Below, piece by piece: positions 23,228 through 36,900 of a DNA stretch of 64,000 nucleotides. Below the pieces are notes generated by a model, which had not been told where the DNA came from, did not search any database, and was given only the letters and a program-made list of their open reading frames with translations. The DNA comes from Proteromonas lacertae (lineage: Eukaryota): positions 124,001 through 188,000 of the forward strand of contig NGBS01000304.1 of the NCBI GenBank assembly GCA_002245135.1, in the 5' to 3' direction. Position 1 is the stretch's first letter. Each line of letters opens with the position of its first letter. The translations under genes were made by a program, and so were the position numbers.

Positions 23228-25722
23228 ATGTCAGATCAGCCAGATAATAATAATACAGAGAACAATGCTTTGTTTGAAGATATTTTCTCAGGATTAGTTA
23301 CTCCATTTTCTTCGTCAACAACAGATTCTGCTTTTATACCAATGTCTAGTTTAAATACATTTGATTATCCTTCATTTGATGCAACTTCGTCATCAGGTTT
23401 GTCATCGAGTAATGATTATCCTTCAATGGTATTTTTATATGTTATATTTCACTAAAATATATTATAGTGTCCTACTTCACCTCCTCAAACATACAACGAT
23501 CCATTTGCACAACCGACAATGTCACCAGCACAATCGTTGAATAAAACACCAAATGTTATGTCACCTTCTTCCACACCTACTCAATCTGCCAAAAACTCAG
23601 CCGAAAACTTTTTCCTTCCCACCATCTTATCACCACCCAAAGAACAACCCATAAACTTCGATGATTTACCTAATCCTCCAAATCAAGACGATATATTCCC
23701 ACCAACTGAACCAGTACTCTCTGAAGAAGAAATCCTACGCCAAGAAGAAGAAAAACGTCTATTAGAAGAACAGAAACAACGAGAAGAAGAAGAAAGAATA
23801 AGAAAAGAAGAAGAGTATAAACAACAACAACAGGAGTTGAAAGAACTTGAAGATGGATCAGCAGCAGCTTTAGGATCATGGGAAATGTCATTAATATGTA
23901 ATATGAAATGGAAATTAACAGATTTATCCAATTATCATATCGCAATATCCTCATATGGAGGTCCAATCGCAATAATTCCACATGAAATTACAATTGGTTC
24001 AAGATTAGAAGTATATGGATCGAATGGTGTATTAATATGGAGTAGAAGTTGTCCAACGGAATCTAAAATTATTAATATTGGTTGGACAGATAGTGAAGAA
24101 TTATGTATAATTCCTGAGGATGGAAAAATTGTGATATATACGATGAATATTGAGGAAAATATAAAAGAGATTTTACCTGAGGATAATACTGAAGAGAAAG
24201 TAATTTCTGGATTTGTTAGTGGTAAAGGTGTAGCTGTTTTAACACAAAATAATTCAATTTATGCGATAGAAAATATAGAAATTAAAGATATGGCAACTTC
24301 AAAATATCCATCTATTACTTCAATATCAAGTAATATTCACTTATCTTTATTAACCGTTTTACCATCTTATCTAAATAAAACTAAAAGGATAAGACCATTA
24401 TTAACTCCTACAACAGGAGATGATATTGGAACAATATATATGGTGAGTTATAATGATATAGAAAGTAATAATATATTAAATATAAAGAATAATGTTGTTT
24501 GTGTATCTCAGCATATAACAGGAGCTTTATTAGCTATTTTATATCAAAATGGACAGCTAGTAATGGCTGATAGTGATTTAAAGAGTAAAATGATTATTAT
24601 CGATTGTGGATTTGTATTTGAAACAATTCCAATCACTATAGAATGGGCAGGAAATGATGAAAATTGTGTATGTGGATTATTAATTAAAAATCAACCTTGG
24701 AATCATCAAGATGAAAATATTTATGGGATATTGTATGTTGGTTTATATGGAGGTTATAAACGACAAGATTTTAATGAATCTCCTATACTAAAATGTGAAA
24801 TAGATGGTTTAAGGATAATTACAACAAAAACTAATAGTTTATATCGAGGACATCCCCAGACTTTGGATATAATAAATAGTGAGAATTCAAATGAATATAA
24901 ATTATTGCATATTTATGAATTGATACAAAATAAAGATCCAAATTTAAGTGAAGTGTTAAAATCAGTGAAAGAAATCCCAAGTTATGATTTGAATCAAGCC
25001 ACCTCGAACCTAATAAAAGCGTCTTTAGATAGTACAGAATGGAATCAGAAATTAGCATGTATAAAAGCTGCTAGTTATGGTAAGAAGATAGTAAGCAGTG
25101 TTATACCGAAAGTTATTAATGAATTTGTAAATTCTTGTAAAATCTTAAAGATACTGTATAATGTATCACATGGTAAATGTAATAGAACTATTACATATAA
25201 TGAGTTCACTCATTTATCACCACTTGTATTGGTTTCTAGATTGACAAAACAAGGAAGGTTTTTAGAAGCTTTATCATTGAGTAAAGAGTTGCAATTGGGA
25301 GAGAATTTTGATGAAGCAATATTGATTGATTGGACTAGAGAACAAGTATATATATATATTTACTCTATTTTTTTTCTCTTTTTCTCTTTTTCTCTTTTTC
25401 TCTTTTTCTCTTTTTCTCTTCTTCTTTATTTCTTCTTCTTATTATCTAGTTGGATGAACATGATGATATGGAAGATGACGAATTAGAAAAACTATTAATT
25501 AAAACCCTCTCTAGATATGAAGTATCTTATCCAGAAATCGCTAAAATTGTTTATTCAGAAAGACCAGAAATAGCTCATAATATATTACAATTAGAAACTG
25601 ATCCAACTAAGAAAGTATTGGTGTTATTACAGATGGAAAGATATGAAGAAGCTTTAGAAATAGCATCTAAAACATATGATACTGATTTAATATTTGTAGT
25701 GATAAAAAAACTAGAAGAAGAG

Positions 25723-25753
<31 letters not shown>

Positions 25754-26609
25754 TATTGTTTATTATTATTTATAGTTGTGATGATGATGATGATGATTTA
25801 TTCGACAGACTCAAAAACAATTTCGTTGCTAGGAACACATTATTAAAATATTACAGTGTAACTGACAAAGCTAAATATATGAAAGCTTTAAGAACATTTG
25901 GCAAGCCAAAACAGAGTGTGATGCTGTTTTATGATGAAAGTTTTATTGATGAAGAGCATTTAGAGAAGAAACAAGACTTGATACAAATGATTAAAATGAT
26001 AAATGGAATACCAGAATATGAATTTGAAAAATTAGTATAATTTTAGTTATAATTAATAGATATGTCAAATATATGCACAATGTTTAGATTTACAAAATCA
26101 AGCCAGTACCAAGCTTATAGGATTATCCTTACAAAAAACAATGGAAAATTTAATCAGTAGAAATTCACAAGATTCATTAGCTTATGTTGAAAAGTATAAT
26201 TTTAATTTTATTATATAATAATTATTTTTTTTATTAGGTTAAAAACGTTAGGTTTAGTAAGTGATAAACGATATTTAATAATTAGAATATTTAGTTATTT
26301 ACATTATGGTATGGTTGACAATCTCCGTAAATTAGCCAATGATTTTAATAGAACATTAGGTTTCGAGCCTTTTATTGAGGCTTGTATGAAATGTGGAAAA
26401 AGAAATGAAGCATTATTTTACATCAACCAATTAAAAGATCAGAATTTAGCCAATAGTTATAAACAGCAATTAGGTGTAAATCAAAAACATCCATTGAAAG
26501 AGTTCTTTAAAGAAACATTTGGATTTGAAATAAATGGAAATAATAGTGATTACAGTTATAGAAAACCTGAGAATATATTTGGTAGGAGTGATGTAGAAAT
26601 GGCTGAAAA

Positions 26610-26642
<33 letters not shown>

Positions 26643-27141
26643 AGTAGAAGAAGAAGAAGAAGTAGAAGAATCTAATCCATTTGGTAATGATGATAATGAT
26701 AATGATAATCCATTTGGTGATTCATCATCTTTATCTTCTAATAAATCATATTTAAAACCACCACCACAATCATCATCATTCAATCAGAAATCTCTTTCTT
26801 CTATTGGTGAAGTAGAAACACCATTTTCATCAAGTAATGGAAGTGTTGAAGTTAATCCATTTGGAAGTGATGATAATATTGTCAATAAAAAACAAAGTAT
26901 TGATACAAGTAATCCATTTGGCAGAGAAAGCAATGCTTCAGAAGGTAATCCATTTGGCAGGGAGAGTGTTGCATCGGAAGGTAATCCATTTGGATCAGAT
27001 TCTATTGATGAAGGTAATCCATTTGCAAAGAGGCCTTCTGTTGATACTAATCCATTTGGTGGAGGTAGTAGTGGGGGAAGAGATAGAAGATCTTCTGTAG
27101 GTAATCCGTTTGGAGGATCTTTTGGAGATTGGTTTGATTAG
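23228..27141 (+). CDS. VPS16: Vps16-family (HOPS/CORVET) protein with Pro-rich N-terminal extension and NPF-repeat C-terminal tail, 5 introns
   Basis: MKWKLTDLSNYHIAISSYGGPIAII, KAASYGK, RTITYNEF...LVSRL, VSYPEIA, DTDLIFVV, VSDKRY, LGFEPFIEAC. Confidence 0.85.
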
Positions 27142-27289
27142 AGAAAGGTAAATTTCTTTTATCTTTAAATATATAATATATATTCCTTTTTTTGATTGTT
27201 ATTTTGCTTGTTTTACTTTTGTTGAATCAGTTAAAATACAAATGTTTAATCACTAAAATTGGGGAATTTAACAAAAAATCAAGTAATAA

Positions 27290-29074
27290 ATGTCATTATT
27301 TACATGTGGTATAGATTTAGGAACTACTTACTCATGTATTTCCTCTAGTAGAGACGGTTTAGTTGAGGTTATTCCTCAAGATTCAGGAAAGAGGACCATT
27401 CCATCGTATGTGTCATACACTGATGAAAGAATAATAGTTGGCGAAGCAGCGAAGAATAACATTTATAAGAACGTAGAAAATACTATATATGATGCTAAAA
27501 GAATGATTGGTCACAAATTTACAGAAGCAGAAATACAAGAGGATATAAAACATTGGGGATTTAAAGTTCTTCCTGACAAGAATAATGATTGCTTAATAGA
27601 GGTTAAATACAAGAAAGTATTAAATCATCTTCATCCGCAGAATATACAAAGTCAAGTGTTAGCTTGCTTAGTAGAATCTGCTAGAAGAAGACTTGGTGAA
27701 GGAGAAGATAAGATTTGCCATGTTGTTATCACTGTTCCTGCGTATTTCAACGATAATCAAAGAAGAGCAACAATTGAAGCAGGTGAATTAGCTGGTTTGA
27801 ATGTTTTACAGATAATAAATGAGCCAACAGCAGCTGCTATTGCATATGGATATAAATACTATAAAGGAAAAGAAGATCGAACAATCTTAGTATATGATTT
27901 TGGAGGTGGAACATTTGATGTTTCAATAATCGAAATCAAAAATCAAAAGATAACTGTAAAAGCAACCGGTGGTGATACTCATTTAGGAGGTGAAGATATT
28001 AATAGAAATATAATGAATTACTATAAATTACAATTATTAAATGAAGCAGATTACGATATAGATAATAACAAGAAAAAGAAATATAGATTATTAAATGCAA
28101 TTGAAGAAGCAAAAATAAAACTAAATATTCTTACTGAAGTAGATATTGAATGTGATGTATTAGATGATAATGCAGTAAATAACAGTCTTTCAAGATCATT
28201 TTTTAATAAATTAAATGAACAAATTTTTCAAAAGACTATTACTATTGTTAAAAATGTTTTAGCTGAAAGTGAATTAAATGTAAATGATATTGATGATATT
28301 GTATTAGTTGGAGGAAGTAGTAGAATTCCTAGAGTTCAAGAATTATTATCAGAATTTTTCAATGGCAAAGAATTGAATAAAGATATTAATCCAGATGAAG
28401 CAGTTTCATTTGGTGCAGCAATTTTAGCTGAAGATATATTACAAGGAGTAAAAGAAAGAAGGAGGAAAGATGGAATAATTGAATTGATTGATACTCAAAC
28501 TGATCAAGTATTAAATCCAAATGATTCAAAAATGAAATCATATAAATGCTCAAATAGTAAAATATTATTATTATCAAAATCAATATTTAAACCAGATAGT
28601 GTAGTTGACAAAATATCATCTCCTGAATTATTACTGCCTTTATGTAAAAGCAATAATATTGTGTCTTTTAGTGAAGGAGGAAGAAAAATTCCAGTTGAAA
28701 GGAGTAAAAATAGAAAATTAATAGTTAATGATGTTTTATCGATTAGTATTGGAAAAGAGGATGCTGGAGATGTAATGTCAGTTATATTGGAGAAACAAAC
28801 ACCAATACCAGCACAAAATACGAAACTGTATTGTACAACTGAAGATAATCAATCTGAAATTGAATTAGTATTTTATCAAGGAAATAAGAAGAAAGCATCA
28901 ATGAATAAGATGTTAGATCGATATGTTATTAAAAATATTCCTAAAAGGAAGGCAGGAATGGTAGAATTAGCTGTAAATATGGATATAAATGAGAACGGAA
29001 TATTGACTATTAATGTAATACCTGTAAATAGTGATGATTTTAAGTTAGTTAAATTAACAATTCAAATTAATTAG
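27290..29074 (+). CDS. Divergent Hsp70, paralog A (no lid, no EEVD), intronless
   Basis: GIDLGTTYS, VITVPAYFN, INEPTAAAIAYG, DFGGGTFDVS, LVGGSSRIP, NPDEAV. Ends just after the substrate-binding beta domain. Confidence 0.92.
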   Translation: MSLFTCGIDLGTTYSCISSSRDGLVEVIPQDSGKRTIPSYVSYTDERIIVGEAAKNNIYKNVENTIYDAKRMIGHKFTEAEIQEDIKHWGFKVLPDKNNDCLIEVKYKKVLNHLHPQNIQSQVLACLVESARRRLGEGEDKICHVVITVPAYFNDNQRRATIEAGELAGLNVLQIINEPTAAAIAYGYKYYKGKEDRTILVYDFGGGTFDVSIIEIKNQKITVKATGGDTHLGGEDINRNIMNYYKLQLLNEADYDIDNNKKKKYRLLNAIEEAKIKLNILTEVDIECDVLDDNAVNNSLSRSFFNKLNEQIFQKTITIVKNVLAESELNVNDIDDIVLVGGSSRIPRVQELLSEFFNGKELNKDINPDEAVSFGAAILAEDILQGVKERRRKDGIIELIDTQTDQVLNPNDSKMKSYKCSNSKILLLSKSIFKPDSVVDKISSPELLLPLCKSNNIVSFSEGGRKIPVERSKNRKLIVNDVLSISIGKEDAGDVMSVILEKQTPIPAQNTKLYCTTEDNQSEIELVFYQGNKKKASMNKMLDRYVIKNIPKRKAGMVELAVNMDINENGILTINVIPVNSDDFKLVKLTIQIN

Positions 29075-29136
29075 TGTAAAGCAACATTTTTTAGTGTAAA
29101 ATGGGGTATGAAAATTTACATACACCTAATTTTAAA

Positions 29137-30888
29137 ATGTCTCTATTTACATGTGGAATTGATCTAGGTACTACATATACATGTGTATCACATAAAAAAG
29201 GGGATAAAATTGAGTTTATCGATTTTGATAATGATAAAAGAAACTTCCCATCATATGTAGCTTTTAAAGATGAAGAAATAGTAGTAGGTGAAGTTGCTAA
29301 AAATCAAATATCTAGTAATCTAAAAAATACCATATATGATGCTAAAAGAATGATTGGTCATAAATTCAACGAAGAAGGGATTCAAGAAGATATAAAACAT
29401 TGGGGATTTGCTGTGGAAGAAGACAAAAATGATGGTGGCTGTTTAATTAGAGTAGAATATAAAGGCGAAGAATATAAAGCAAAACCTCAAGAAATATCAA
29501 GTCATGTATTATCAGCTGTATCAAAAAGGTTAATCAATCGTTATGCTATAGAAGAAGGTAAAACAATTCATGCTGTAATAACTGTTCCTGCTTATTTTAA
29601 TAATGAACAAAGAAAAGCAACAATTGAAGCAGGTGAATTAGCTGGTTTGAATGTATTACAGATAATAAATGAACCAACAGCAGCTGCTATTGCATATGGA
29701 TATAAATACTATAAAGGAAAAGAAGATCGAACAATCTTAGTATATGATTTTGGAGGTGGAACATTTGATGTTTCAATAATCGAAATCAAAAATCAAAAGA
29801 TAACTGTAAAAGCAACCGGTGGTGATACTCATTTAGGAGGTGAAGATATTAATCAAAACATTTTTAATTTCATTGTTAAAAGGATAAAAGATGCTAATGT
29901 AGATGTAGATATTACTTTAAATAGAAAGACAGAGTTAATGAAAGCAATAGAAGATACAAAAATTAAATTAAGTAAATATGATGAGAGTGATATATCATCC
30001 AGCATTTTGGAAGATTATGATATAGATCAGGAATTAAGTAGAGAAGATTTTAATCAAATAAATAAAGATATATTTGAAAAGACTATGAAAACAGTCGAAA
30101 AAGTATTAAATGAAAGTGGCTTAAGAAAAAATGATGTTGATGATGCTGTTCTAATTGGAGGAAGTAGTAGAATTCCTAAAATTCATGAATTGATGGAAGA
30201 TTTTTTCAATGGAAAAGTATTAAATCAAGATATAAATCCAGATGAAGCTGTAGCTTATGGTGCAGCAGTCTTAGCTGAAGATATTTTGAATGGAGTTCGA
30301 GAAGAAAAAGACAAAGATGGAAAAATCATATTAATAGACATGAAAACTAACAAAATATTAAATCCAAAAGATAGGATGCTTAAGTGTGTTGACCCTAAAG
30401 AAATAAACTCATGTAGTAGAAAAATGATAATACCAAATCAAAGTAGTGGAAGAAAGATTTTAGTTAGTGAAGGTCTTAAAGAACCAATAGAAGAAAGTAG
30501 TCAAAGAAAACTAATAATTGAAGAAATATTAACTCATAATATTGGTATTGATGTTATTAATAATGAATTTTCACCTATTCTAAAACATGGTAATAGAATT
30601 CCATATACCAACACTGAAAACTATACAACACCTTATGATAATATGAAAGTTGTGTCCATAAAATTCAACGAGGAAATTGATTCACAAGAAAAGAAATATG
30701 TATATATATTTAAGTATTTGTTGAAAATTAAACCACTTCCTGCTGGAGAAGTAAAATGTGATATAAAAATGACTCTGAATAAGAATGGTATACTTAATGT
30801 TGAAATAATACCGAAAAATTCTAATCATTTTGAAAAATGTGATTTAGAATTTGGAAGATGTGACGGAAACATTGTTATAAGAAAATAA
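29137..30888 (+). CDS. Divergent Hsp70, paralog B (no lid, no EEVD), intronless
   Basis: Same motifs as paralog A. Start placed at MSLFTCG (29137) by homology with A. Confidence 0.92.
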   Translation: MSLFTCGIDLGTTYTCVSHKKGDKIEFIDFDNDKRNFPSYVAFKDEEIVVGEVAKNQISSNLKNTIYDAKRMIGHKFNEEGIQEDIKHWGFAVEEDKNDGGCLIRVEYKGEEYKAKPQEISSHVLSAVSKRLINRYAIEEGKTIHAVITVPAYFNNEQRKATIEAGELAGLNVLQIINEPTAAAIAYGYKYYKGKEDRTILVYDFGGGTFDVSIIEIKNQKITVKATGGDTHLGGEDINQNIFNFIVKRIKDANVDVDITLNRKTELMKAIEDTKIKLSKYDESDISSSILEDYDIDQELSREDFNQINKDIFEKTMKTVEKVLNESGLRKNDVDDAVLIGGSSRIPKIHELMEDFFNGKVLNQDINPDEAVAYGAAVLAEDILNGVREEKDKDGKIILIDMKTNKILNPKDRMLKCVDPKEINSCSRKMIIPNQSSGRKILVSEGLKEPIEESSQRKLIIEEILTHNIGIDVINNEFSPILKHGNRIPYTNTENYTTPYDNMKVVSIKFNEEIDSQEKKYVYIFKYLLKIKPLPAGEVKCDIKMTLNKNGILNVEIIPKNSNHFEKCDLEFGRCDGNIVIRK

Positions 30889-30908
30889 ATCTAATTAATT
30901 TCTAAGTA

Positions 30909-33900
30909 TTATTTACAATTATTACAAAATGCTTCATTATTCTCTAAATCAACAATGCCACAATTATCGCAGAATATTTTCTTACATCTTGAACAATTCT
31001 ATTAAATAATAGTAAAACAAAAATATACAATAGGTAAAGAGAATTTCTCTAATTCTATATCCTTTTTACACACAACACATTTGAAAGATTTCTTTTTAGT
31101 TGGTGATGATTCTACAACACTTTCTGAAGCAGAGTTTTCCATTCTCATTACACGACTAATTTTCTATTAAAACATATATAAACAATATATTATACATCAA
31201 ATAAACTATCAATTTTCTTTACATCTTCTTTATTGTTTAATACCTTTTCTTTTGCTGTTACTGTTACTTTGGATACTTTATGAGTTATTTTCTTAGGCGA
31301 TTCAATTGGAGGTAAAGATGACAATGAGTATGAACTGTTTGGTTTGACATTACTATTTTCAATTTCATATTCTGCAGATATTGTTAGAGGAGATATAGGA
31401 ATTGAATCGTTTGAATATCTTTCATTATATAAAGTTGACTTCAATTTGTTAATTTCTTCATTAAGTAGGGTTATTTCATTATCTTTATGTTTTAGTATTT
31501 CATTTAATTTATCCACATCGTCTTTGCATTTACTTTCATTATATGCAATTATTCCCTCTAATTCCATTAATCTTGATTCAAACACACCATTATCACCTTC
31601 ATTTTCTATAATTTTTGACTTTTCTTTATTCTTATTTTCTGAGTTATTAATGCTATTGATCTGTAGCTTATTTCTTAATTCTGCATTCTCTTCCATTAAA
31701 TCTTCGTTTTCTTTCATCAAGTGTTGATTATCATCCAATAGTATACTTATCTTTTCGTCTTTTTCATTATCTTCTTCATTATTTTTTTTCTCATTTACTT
31801 CGACATTTTCTACTTTCACTTTATTTATCATCTTAAGTTCTTCATTCTCTTCTTCTTTTTTCAACAACTCATCTTTTAATTTGGATATCTCTTCATTCAA
31901 TCTTTCTTTCTCTTCTTTATTTATCATTTCTAATTCTTCTTTTAATGATTCAAACTCTTTTAATTTCTTATTTTTTATTTCATTCTCGATTTTCATTTTT
32001 TCTATTTCTTCTATTTTATGTTTTAGTTCTTCTTTTAATTTATCCATCTCTTCTTTATGAATACCTTCCATAACTGTCATCTCACCTTCTAATGCGATTA
32101 ATTTTGATTCTAATATACTATTATCACCTTCATTCTCTATATCTTTTGACATTTCTTTTTTTCGTTTATCTTCTTCTCTCATTGATTCATTATTGTTTTT
32201 CATTATTTCTAATTCATTTCGTAATTCTTTTATCTCTTCTAATAATTCTTCTTTTTCTTTAATTATTTCCGATAACTTGGATTTATCAGCATCTATCACT
32301 TCTTCTTCATATACTTTATTCTCACATGATTCTACTTTCTCTACTTTCACTTTATTCATCATCTTAAGTTCTTCATTTTCTTCCTCTTTCTTCATTAACT
32401 CTTCTTTCAATTTATACATCTCTTCACTCAATCTTTCATTTTCTTCTTTATTTTTTATATCATTTTTTATATCTATTTCTTTTTTCTTTAAATACATTAA
32501 CTCATTCTCTAATTCATTCTTTTCTTTTATTAATTCTTCATTATATAATCTTTCATTCTTATTTTCTTCTTTCAGTTTTTCTATTTCATCAATCATATCA
32601 ACATTTTTATCTCTCATTTCATTCAACTCTTTCTCGATTGATTCTCTCTTATTAAATTCATTTCGAATCAATTCATTATTCTTAACGATTCGTAATTTTT
32701 CTTTTTCTTTCATATCATTCATTTCTTTTAATAATAGATTTATCTCTTTCTCATTATCACATTTATCTTCAGATATATCTTCTTTTTTATTATTTATATT
32801 ACACTTTTCGACATCTTCTAACTTTTTACATAATTCAACTATATCATCTCGTAATCTATCATTCTCATGATTTAATCTCATTAATTCAGTATTTTCTTCT
32901 TTTAATTTCTTCTTATTATCTTTTAATTCTTTTTCTAAACGATTATTCTTATTACGAATCTCATTCATCTTATTAACACTTTCTCTTATTTCACTTTCTT
33001 TTACATTCAAGTTCTTTTTCAATATTTCCATCTCTTTTAATAATCTTTCATTTTCATTCTTTAATAACAATTTTTCTTTTTCTTTTTCTTTTAATTCGTC
33101 AATCTCTTTACTCTTCACTTCTAATTCATTCTTGTAATCTTTCATATCTTTTAACTCATTACTCAATTTCTTATTCTTTTCTAACATATTATACATTATC
33201 TCTTTGTATTTTAAACATTTATTTTCATTTTCTTTCTTGTCATTCACATTCTTTTCTTTCAATTCACATATTTCATTCTTTAATTCTTTCTCTCTATTCA
33301 TATCTTCTTCTCTCATTTCTTTTAATAATCTATCTTTCTCTTCTCTCATTATAATCATTTCAGCTTTTTCAGTCTTTAATCTTTCATTCTCTTTCTTATA
33401 TTTATTTAATCGATTATTTATCTCACACTCATTTTCTTCTTCTAATATCTTCTTTTGTTTCTTTAATTTTTCATTTGATACTCTCATTTGCTTTAATTCT
33501 TTTTCAAATATTTCATTACTCTTTTCCATCTTCATAGTTAAATTATTTATTTCATTTATATATTTTTCATTTTCATTCGTTTTATCTTTCACTTTATTTA
33601 TCTCATCTTTTAATAACTCTTCTAATTTATTCAATCTATTCTTCAATTTATTATTCTTATTTTCCATTTCTTTTAATCTATCATTCAATTTCACATTCTC
33701 TTTATTAACATCATTATCTTCATACATTTTTAGTTTTTCTTCTTTTAACTTATTCTCACTATTCAGCTTTCGTAATAATTCATTAAATTTTTCACTCTTA
33801 TTCTTATTTTCAACTTTCATCTCTTCCAACATTTTCTCTAATTCATTTACTTTAGCATCATCTTCATTTTCTTCTTTACATTTCAATATTTTATGAAGAT

Positions 33901-36900
33901 TTTCGATTTCTTTTCGTAAATTATCATTCTCTTTCATCATTACATTATATTTTTCTTCATATTCATCATCATCTTGTCTTAATAATTCACTATTTTCATT
34001 TAAATTATTATTCATTTTTAATATATCTTCTTCGTTTCTATCATCATTCTCATTTATTTCACTTAAACCAAGTATATCTCCTTTATAGATTACATTCTCT
34101 TCCACTTTCTCTTCTTTTCTTATCTTATTTATCTCATCTTCATATTTCAATATTTCTTTATCTAAGTCTTCTATCTCTTTACTCATTTCTTTGTTTTCTT
34201 TTAATAATTTATCTATTTCTTCTTTATATTCACTTTCTTTACTTTCTTTATTTTCACTTGTCTCATTTAATTTATCACAAAGACTAGAATTCATTCTCAT
34301 CATTTCAAGTAATCCATTGTCTTTGTTATTCAATTCTTTTTCTAATTCTTTATTTTCTTTGACTTTTTTAGCTAAATCATCTTTTAATATCTTTACATCA
34401 TTATTCAGTTTATCAACTTCTTCATTCAACTTCAACTTTGATTCTTCATTTTCTTTATTTATCTTTTCGAATTCTTCTTTTAATGAGTAGAATTCTTTCA
34501 ATTTTTCATCTTTTTCTTTCAGTTTTTCAGATAGATTTAATAGAATTTCTTTTGATTTATTATTTTTCATTTCTTCTTTATTTCTCATTTCTTCTATTAC
34601 ATTTTCTAATTCTTTTATCTTTTCATCTTTATTATCTACTCTTTCATTAGTATCTTCATTTTCTTCTTCATCTAGGACTATATTACTCTCATTATTGTTT
34701 TTCATTATTTCTAATTCATTTCGTAATTCTTTTATCTCTTCTAATAATTCTTCTTTTTCTTTAATTATTTCCGATAACTTGGATTTATCAGCATCTATCA
34801 CTTCTTCTTCATATACTTTATTCTCACATGATTCTACTTTCTCTACTTTCACTTTATTCATCATCTTAAGTTCTTCATTCTCTTCCTCTTTCTTCATTAA
34901 CTCTTCTTTCAATTTATACATCTCTTCACTCAATCTTTCATTTTCTTCTTTATTTTTTATATCATTTTTTATATCTATTTCTTTTTTCTTTAAATACATT
35001 AACTCATTCTCTAATTCATTCTTTTCTTTTATTAATTCTTCATTATATAATCTTTCATTCTTATTTTCTTCTTTCAGTTTTTCTATTTCATCAATCATAT
35101 CAACATTTTTATCTCTCATTTCATTCAACTCTTTCTCGATTGATTCTCTCTTATTAAATTCATTTCGAATCAATTCATTATTCTTAACGATTCGTAATTT
35201 TTCTTTTTCTTTCATATCATTCATTTCTTTTAATAATAGATTTATCTCTTTCTCATTATCACATTTATCTTCAGATATATCTTCTTTTTTATTATTTATA
35301 TTACACTTTTCGACATCTTCTAACTTTTTACATAATTCAACTATATCATCTCGTAATCTATCATTCTCATGATTTAATCTCATTAATTCAGTATTTTCTT
35401 CTTTTAATTTCTTCTTATTATCTTTTAATTCTTTTTCTAAACGATTATTCTTATTACGAATCTCATTCATCTTATTAACACTTTCTCTTATTTCACTTTC
35501 TTTTACATTCAAGTTCTTTTTCAATATTTCCATCTCTTTTAATAATCTTTCATTTTCATTCTTTAATAACAATTTTTCTTTTTCTTTTTCTTTTAATTCG
35601 TCAATCTCTTTACTCTTCACTTCTAATTCATTCTTGTAATCTTTCATATCTTTTAACTCATTACTCAATTTCTTATTCTTTTCTAACATATTATACATTA
35701 TCTCTTTGTATTTTAAACATTTATTTTCATTTTCTTTCTTGTCATTCACATTCTTTTCTTTCAATTCACATATTTCATTCTTTAATTCTTTCTCTCTATT
35801 CATATCTTCTTCTCTCATTTCTTTTAATAATCTATCTTTCTCTTCTCTCATTATAATCATTTCAGCTTTTTCAGTCTTTAATCTTTCATTCTCTTTCTTA
35901 TATTTATTTAATCGATTATTTATCTCACACTCATTTTCTTCTTCTAATATCTTCTTTTGTTTCTTTAATTTTTCATTTGATACTCTCATTTGCTTTAATT
36001 CTTTTTCAAATATTTCATTACTCTTTTCCATCTTCATAGTTAAATTATTTATTTCATTTATATATTTTTCATTTTCATTCGTTTTATCTTTCACTTTATT
36101 TATCTCATCTTTTAATAACTCTTCTAATTTATTCAATCTATTCTTCAATTTATTATTCTTATTTTCCATTTCTTTTAATCTATCATTCAATTTCACATTC
36201 TCTTTATTAACATCATTATCTTCATACATTTTTAGTTTTTCTTCTTTTAACTTATTCTCACTATTCAGCTTTCGTAATAATTCATTAAATTTTTCACTCT
36301 TATTCTTATTTTCAACTTTCATCTCTTCCAACATTTTCTCTAATTCATTTACTTTAGCATCATCTTCATTTTCTTCTTTACATTTCAATTTTATGAAGAT
36401 TTTCGATTTCTTTTCGTAAATTATCATTCTCTTTCATCATTACATTATATTTTTTCATATTCATCATCATCTTGTCTTAATAATTCACTATTTTCATTTA
36501 AATTATTATTCATTTTTAATATATCTTCTTCGTTTCTATCATCATTCTCATTTATTTCACTTAAACCAAGTATATCTCCTTTATAGATTACATTCTCTTC
36601 CACTTTCTCTTCTTTTCTTATCTTATTTATCTCATCTTCATATTTCAATATTTCTTTATCTAAGTCTTCTATCTCTTTACTCATTTCTTTGTTTCTTTTA
36701 ATAATTTATCTATTTCTTCTTTATATTCACTTTCTTTACTTTCTTTATTTTCACTTGTCTCATTTAATTTATCACAAAGACTAGAATTCATTCTCATCAT
36801 TTCAAGTAATCCATTGTCTTTGTTATTCAATTCTTTTTCTAATTCTTTATTTTCTTTGACTTTTTTAGCTAAATCATCTTTTAATATCTTTACATCATTA

